Source: an uncultured Gemmatimonadales bacterium (GTDB lineage: Bacteria; Gemmatimonadota; Gemmatimonadetes; Gemmatimonadales; GWC2-71-9). From it: a DNA stretch of 64,000 bases. Shown here one piece after another: positions 59,177 through 64,000 of the stretch. Location of the stretch: assembly GCA_963771275.1 (NCBI GenBank), contig CAVYSW010000003.1, positions 1,728,001-1,792,000 of the forward strand. Direction: 5' to 3'. A program made the translations under genes and the position numbers. The notes under the pieces were generated by a model that was not told the origin of the DNA, searched no databases, and saw only the letters and a list, made by a program, of their open reading frames with translations. How positions within the stretch are numbered: position 1 is the first letter of the stretch; each line of letters opens with the position of its first letter.

Positions 59177-60025
59177 ATGAGCTTCAGTCTGGTGCACCTC
59201 GCGGACGTCCACTTCGGCGGCGTCGCGGACATCGCGCAGATCGAGGCGGTGGAGGCCTTGGTGCCCGATCTGGAGCCGAATCTGGTCGTCCTGTCGGGCG
59301 ATCTCAGCCAGCGCGCGCGGCACGGCGAGTTTCAGCGCGCGCGCGCCCACGTGCGCGCCCTGGAGCGGGCCGCCCCGGTCTATGTGATGCCCGGCAATCA
59401 CGACGTGCAGTGGTGGTGGCGGCCGTTCGTCCCGCTGGGGGGGGCGGCCAAGTACGCCAAGTACCGGCGTTACTTCGGGCCGACGCTGGCGCCGACGCTC
59501 GATCTGCCGCAGGCGCTGGTCGCGGGCGTGCTGACGTCGCACGGGGTGGCGTGGGGATCGCTCACGCCGCGGCTGCGGGACATCGCGGTCAAGGGACACC
59601 TGCCCCGGAGCGAGATCCGGCGGGCGGCGGCGGCGTTCGCGCGCGCGCGGCCCGAGCAGGCCCGCATCCTGGTGTTGCACCACAACGTGCTGCGCGGCGA
59701 GCTGTCGCGGCGCATGGGCCTGGCGCGGTGGCGCCAGGCGCAGCGGCGCATCGCCGCCTGCGGGGCCGACCTGGTGCTCTGCGGCCACGATCACCAGGAG
59801 CAGGTGGGGACGCTGGAGCACACGGTGGTGGCGTGCGCCGGGACGCTGTCGACGCGCGCGCGCGGTCAGCGGCCGTCGGTGTTCTTCCGCATCGTGATCG
59901 AGGACGCGGCGACGCACGTGGAGCAGTACCGCTGGGATCGCGCGCATGGCGTGTTCCGGCGCTCGGACCGGCACCAGTTCGCGCGGCGACCGGACGCGCG
60001 CCAGCCCGCTGCCCCGGTCGGTTGA
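59177..60025 (+). CDS. Calcineurin-like metallophosphoesterase
   Basis: ADVHFG, SGDLSQR, PGNHD, LHH, CGHDH. Confidence 0.92.
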   Translation: MSFSLVHLADVHFGGVADIAQIEAVEALVPDLEPNLVVLSGDLSQRARHGEFQRARAHVRALERAAPVYVMPGNHDVQWWWRPFVPLGGAAKYAKYRRYFGPTLAPTLDLPQALVAGVLTSHGVAWGSLTPRLRDIAVKGHLPRSEIRRAAAAFARARPEQARILVLHHNVLRGELSRRMGLARWRQAQRRIAACGADLVLCGHDHQEQVGTLEHTVVACAGTLSTRARGQRPSVFFRIVIEDAATHVEQYRWDRAHGVFRRSDRHQFARRPDARQPAAPVG

Positions 60026-60710
60026 CGCCGCCCGGGCGGCGGACGCGGCGCTGCTCGAACGGCGGCTCGCGGAGGCCGGGCTCGAGGGCGTCGCCCGGAT
60101 CGTGGTACACGAGAACCGGGCGGTGCTGGTGACCGTGCGGCGCGGCGTGCTGAGGATCCAGCGCGGCTTCGCGTATGCCCCCGACCGCGTGCTGCGGGCC
60201 GTGGCGACGTTCGTGCGGGGCCGGCGACGGTCCCGGCGCGAGGTCGCGCGCGAGTTGCTCGCGTTTCCGGTGCATGAGTACGTTGCGGCGCGTCCGGCGC
60301 GGCGGCGCCGCACGCGCCCACGGCCCGGTGACGGCCGGATCGTGGCCGCGCTCCTGGCGCTGCACCGGGAGCTCAACCGGCGGCACTTCGACGGGCGCCT
60401 GGCCTCGCCGCGGTTCCGGCTGTCGGATCGGATGCGGGTGCGGCTGGCCGACGTGACGCTGCGCGAGTCCCGGGGCGGCCCCGTCGAGATCGGGTTCAGC
60501 CGGCGCCACCTCCGGCGCGACGGCTGGGACGAGATCGGGAAGACACTGTTGCACGAGATGGTGCACCAGTGGCAGGTCGAGTCGGGCCTGCCATTGAACC
60601 ACGGAGCGGAATTCCGGCGCAAGGCGCGGGAGGTGGGTGTGGAGCCCTCCGCGCGGCGCCGCGTGGCATGGGCGGCCGCCCGGCGGGCGGCGCCCGAGCG
60701 GGAGGATTGA
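59946..60710 (+). CDS. SprT-like zinc metalloprotease
   Basis: ELNRRHFDGRL, LLHEMVHQW, HGAEFR; true start uncertain. Confidence 0.8.
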   Translation: MACSGARTGTSSRGDRTRASPLPRSVDAARAADAALLERRLAEAGLEGVARIVVHENRAVLVTVRRGVLRIQRGFAYAPDRVLRAVATFVRGRRRSRREVARELLAFPVHEYVAARPARRRRTRPRPGDGRIVAALLALHRELNRRHFDGRLASPRFRLSDRMRVRLADVTLRESRGGPVEIGFSRRHLRRDGWDEIGKTLLHEMVHQWQVESGLPLNHGAEFRRKAREVGVEPSARRRVAWAAARRAAPERED

Positions 60711-61894
60711 TGGCGTTCGAGGCAGTGGATTTCTACGACGTCGAGTCGCTCCTCAGCGAGGAGGAGCGCGCGGTGCGCGACACGGTGCGCCGGTTCGTCG
60801 ACGAAGCCGTGATGCCGATCATCAACGAGCAATACCTGGAGGGCGGCTTCCCCGTGCAGCTGGTGCCGCAGATCGGCGCGCTGGGCCTGCTCGGGGCGAA
60901 CCTGCCCGAGAAGTACGGCTGCGCCGGGCTCAACAACGTCGCCTACGGGCTGATCATGCAGGAGCTGGAGCGCGGCGATTCCGGGATCCGCTCGTTCGCG
61001 TCGGTGCAGGGCGCCCTCGTGATGTACCCGATCTTCACGTTCGGCGACGAGGCCCAGCGGATGCGGTGGCTGCCGCCGCTCGCGTCCGGCGAGATGGTGG
61101 GGTGCTTCGGGCTGACCGAGCCGGACTACGGCTCGAATCCCGCCGGGATGATCACGACGGCGCGGGCGACGCAGGACGGCTGGGTGCTGAATGGCGCCAA
61201 GATGTGGATCACGAACGGCTCGATGGCGGACGTCGCCGTGGTGTGGGCCAAAACCGGGTCGCTGGACGATGCGAAAGCAATCCGGGGATTCATCGTCCCG
61301 ACGGACACGAAGGGCTTCACCGCCAGGGACCAGAAGGGCAAGCTGAGTCTGCGGGCGAGCGACACGAGCGAGCTGGTGCTCGAGGACGTCCACGTGGGGA
61401 AGGACGCGCTGCTGCCCAACAGCGGCGGGCTCAAGTCACCGCTCAGCTGCCTGACGCAGGCGCGCTACGGCATTGCGTGGGGCGCGGTGGGCGCGGCGCT
61501 GGCGTGTTTCGACGAGGCGGTGCGCTACGCCAAGAACCGCATCCAGTTCGACCGGCCGATCGGCGGCTTCCAGCTGCAGCAGGCCCGGCTCGCCGAGATG
61601 CTCACCGAGATCACGAAGGCGCAGCTGCTTTGCGTGCAGCTCGGGCGGCTCAAGGATCGGGGCACGGCGACCCCCGAGCAGGTCTCGCTCGCCAAGCGCA
61701 ATAACGTGAGTATGGCGGCCGAGTGCGCGCGGGAGGCCCGCCGGCTGCTCGGGGCGAACGGGATCCTGGTCGAGTACCAGTCGATGCGGCACATGGCGAA
61801 CATCGAGAGCGTGTACACGTACGAGGGGACGCACGACATTCACACGCTCGTGCTCGGCCAGGCGATCACAGGGCTCAACGCGTTCGGCGGATGA
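60710..61894 (+). CDS. Acyl-CoA dehydrogenase (glutaryl-CoA dehydrogenase-like)
   Basis: ELERGDSGIRS, CFGLTEPDYGS, KMWITN, YTYEGTHDIH. Confidence 0.93.
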   Translation: MAFEAVDFYDVESLLSEEERAVRDTVRRFVDEAVMPIINEQYLEGGFPVQLVPQIGALGLLGANLPEKYGCAGLNNVAYGLIMQELERGDSGIRSFASVQGALVMYPIFTFGDEAQRMRWLPPLASGEMVGCFGLTEPDYGSNPAGMITTARATQDGWVLNGAKMWITNGSMADVAVVWAKTGSLDDAKAIRGFIVPTDTKGFTARDQKGKLSLRASDTSELVLEDVHVGKDALLPNSGGLKSPLSCLTQARYGIAWGAVGAALACFDEAVRYAKNRIQFDRPIGGFQLQQARLAEMLTEITKAQLLCVQLGRLKDRGTATPEQVSLAKRNNVSMAAECAREARRLLGANGILVEYQSMRHMANIESVYTYEGTHDIHTLVLGQAITGLNAFGG

Positions 61895-61979
61895 GCCGAT
61901 GGCCGATAGCCGATGGCCGATAGCCGACGGGGAATCACCAAGGACAGAACGGCTCTCGGCTAACGGCCAACGGCTAACG
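61894..61979. repeat. Facing heptamer arrays (GCCGATR)n and (GCCGTTR)n between convergent genes
   Basis: agccgatggccgatagccgatggccgatagccgacgg and tcggctaacggccaacggctaacg. Confidence 0.8.
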
Positions 61980-64000
61980 TCTTCTCCAGGAACGCCGCCG
62001 TCGCCGAGTCCACCGTCACCGCGTTCTGATAGCGCATCCAGTGGTGCGTGTCTCCCGGGATCGCCAGCGCCTCGAACGGAATGCCCCCGGCAACCAGGCG
62101 GCGCACCAGGTCCACGCTCTGGCTGAAGCGTACGTTGCGGTCATCGTCGCCCTGAATCACCAGCACCGGTGAGTGCCACGTCGCCATCGAGGAGACCGGT
62201 GACGACTGCCAGGCGACCGCCAGCGCACGCGCGAGGTCGGCCGGCTCCTCGTAGCGCTCGCGGTTCAGCATGCCGCGCGCCCGCTCCGCGGTCCAGTCGT
62301 GCACGCCGTGCAGGTCCACGCCGGCGGCGAACAGGTCGGAGTTCCGCGCCAGCGCCATCGCCGTGAGGAACCCGCCGTACGACCCGCCGTAGATCCCGAT
62401 CCGCGCGGGATCCACGTGGGAGAGCGTGCGCAGGTATTCCGCTCCCGCCTTGACGTCCTGATACTCGGCCGCGCCGCGCGCGCCGGTTTCCGGCGGCTGG
62501 TGGAATTCGTAGCCATAGCCGATGCCGAGCCGGTAGTTCACCGACAGCACCACGAACCCGCGGCTCGCGAGGTACTGATTCATCGCGTAGCAGTTCGCGT
62601 AGTAGTCCGAGTAGTGCCAGCCCAACAGCATCTGCCGCGGCGGCCCGCCGTGCACGAAAATCACGGCGGGCTTCCGGGCCGGGCCGCCGGGCCGCTCGAA
62701 CAGCTGGGCGTGGACGGTGACGCCGTCCGGCGCGCGGAAGACGACCTGGGTCGGGGTCACGAGCTGCGCGGTCGGGAAGTCGGCCGGGATCCGGTCGGCG
62801 GCGAGCGTGCGCTGCGCGCCGCCGTCCAACGGCATCACGCTGACGAGCGGCGGGCGCTGGGCCGTGGCGCCGATGAACGCCATCGTCTTGCCGTCACCGG
62901 TGACGACCGGCGTCCACTCCAGTCCCGTACCCGGCGTCATGACCTTGGGGCTCGCGCGGTCCACCGGCACCTTCACCACGTGCCGCCGGTCGATGTCGAG
63001 CCGGTCGCTCCCCGCGTTGGCGGCGAACACCAGCCAGCGGCCGTCGGGACTCAGCGAGATGTACTCGGCCATGAAGTCGCCGGGCGTGAGCAGCAGCGGA
63101 TCGCCGCCCGAGTCCGCGATCGAGTAGAGATGCGGCCAGCCGTCCTGGTAGGACAGGAACACGATCCGCCCGCCGGCGGCCCAATGCAGGTTGGTCCCAC
63201 CCTGCGTCGACGGCACCGAGCCGCGCAGCGTTTCCGGCGCCTTCCACAGGCGCCGCGCGTCGCCGGTGGCCACGTCGGCCGTCCAGATCTCCCACGGGCG
63301 GTGACGCTGGACGAGCAGGGAGTCGGGTGCGCCGCCCGCGCCGGACGTCCGGATGAAGGCGATCCGAGTACCGTCGGGCGACCAGCGGGGCGAGCCGTCG
63401 CGCGCGAACGAGGGGGCGAGCCAGCGGAGCGGCGTCGCGTCGTTGGTGTAGACGCCGACGTACGCGTGGTCCCCGCGGCCCGACATGAATGCCAGGCGCG
63501 CGCCGTCGGGGGACCACTGGAGATCGCCGTTGCTCCCGCGGTCGGTGACGATCGCCTTGGCGGGCACGGAGCCGTCGAGCGCCACCGCCCAGATCTGGCC
63601 GCCCTTGATGAACGCCACGATGTCGCCCCTGGGGGAGATCGTGGGCTCGTCCCCGTCGCCGATCACTCCGGGCTCGCCGCCGTCGAACGGGACGGCCAGG
63701 ATCTGCACCTTGGGTGGAGTGGGGCTGGCGGTCACGTTCACCGGCAGAGCGTCGTCCCAGTTGGCGCCGTGGTCGCCGCCCCGTACGTACACGACCCACC
63801 GTCCGTCGGCCGAGAGGCTGACACTCGAAAGCTCCTGGCCGTCGTCGGCGAGGTAGCCGGTGAGGCGGCGCGCGGCGAACTCGGGTCCCTCGGCCACGTA
63901 GACGTTGCGGAGGCCCTGCTCGTTCATCGCCCACGCGATGCGCGAGCCGGTGGCGGCGGCGGTCAGCTCGTTGGGGAACGGGTAGGAGCGGACCTGGGCA
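61960..64000 (-). CDS. S9-family serine peptidase with TolB-like propeller; 5' end beyond the window
   Basis: WSPDG repeats, VHGGP, GGSYGG, QGDDDRNV, DTHH. Confidence 0.93.
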   Translation of the reverse strand, partial: AQVRSYPFPNELTAAATGSRIAWAMNEQGLRNVYVAEGPEFAARRLTGYLADDGQELSSVSLSADGRWVVYVRGGDHGANWDDALPVNVTASPTPPKVQILAVPFDGGEPGVIGDGDEPTISPRGDIVAFIKGGQIWAVALDGSVPAKAIVTDRGSNGDLQWSPDGARLAFMSGRGDHAYVGVYTNDATPLRWLAPSFARDGSPRWSPDGTRIAFIRTSGAGGAPDSLLVQRHRPWEIWTADVATGDARRLWKAPETLRGSVPSTQGGTNLHWAAGGRIVFLSYQDGWPHLYSIADSGGDPLLLTPGDFMAEYISLSPDGRWLVFAANAGSDRLDIDRRHVVKVPVDRASPKVMTPGTGLEWTPVVTGDGKTMAFIGATAQRPPLVSVMPLDGGAQRTLAADRIPADFPTAQLVTPTQVVFRAPDGVTVHAQLFERPGGPARKPAVIFVHGGPPRQMLLGWHYSDYYANCYAMNQYLASRGFVVLSVNYRLGIGYGYEFHQPPETGARGAAEYQDVKAGAEYLRTLSHVDPARIGIYGGSYGGFLTAMALARNSDLFAAGVDLHGVHDWTAERARGMLNRERYEEPADLARALAVAWQSSPVSSMATWHSPVLVIQGDDDRNVRFSQSVDLVRRLVAGGIPFEALAIPGDTHHWMRYQNAVTVDSATAAFLEKTLAVGR

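Overview
High-GC bacterial chromosome segment; the gene content suggests Gemmatimonadota, but that is inference only. The housekeeping backbone is: argF-gcvT-mog/moaB-sigma54 activator-udgB-adh, a Gld-type ABC system, amino-acid transporters, two GWxTD proteins around a MacAB-like operon, MoxR, atpZIBEFH, TPM-NTase-lemA, and a long mixed operon ending in an acyl-CoA dehydrogenase and an S9 peptidase. Three accessory regions stand out. (1) About 200-8300: a lower-GC insert with TA modules, an orphan hslU 3' end, and a cassette of three paralogous secreted six-cysteine mini-proteins with a membrane CxxC thioredoxin-like protein, two six-bladed beta-propeller lipoproteins and HTH regulators. (2) About 18700-26200: a c-di-GMP locus with a diguanylate cyclase fused to an [FeFe]-hydrogenase-like Fe-S sensor, an un-annotated 26-aa peptide gene (MPGFGWLAFLLGIFARAFSAQGTIMW) directly upstream of a multi-TM HD-GYP protein, and a convergent BTAD-STAND-TPR regulator. 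(3) About 27400-29100: a TA-bearing insert bounded by a duplicated 3' end of an EamA gene. Several genes carry single-base +1 frameshifts that may be sequencing errors. Gene ends are decorated with heptamer and nonamer tandem repeats. No rRNA, tRNA or CRISPR array was recognised. All family calls come from motif recognition by eye; no database search was run.
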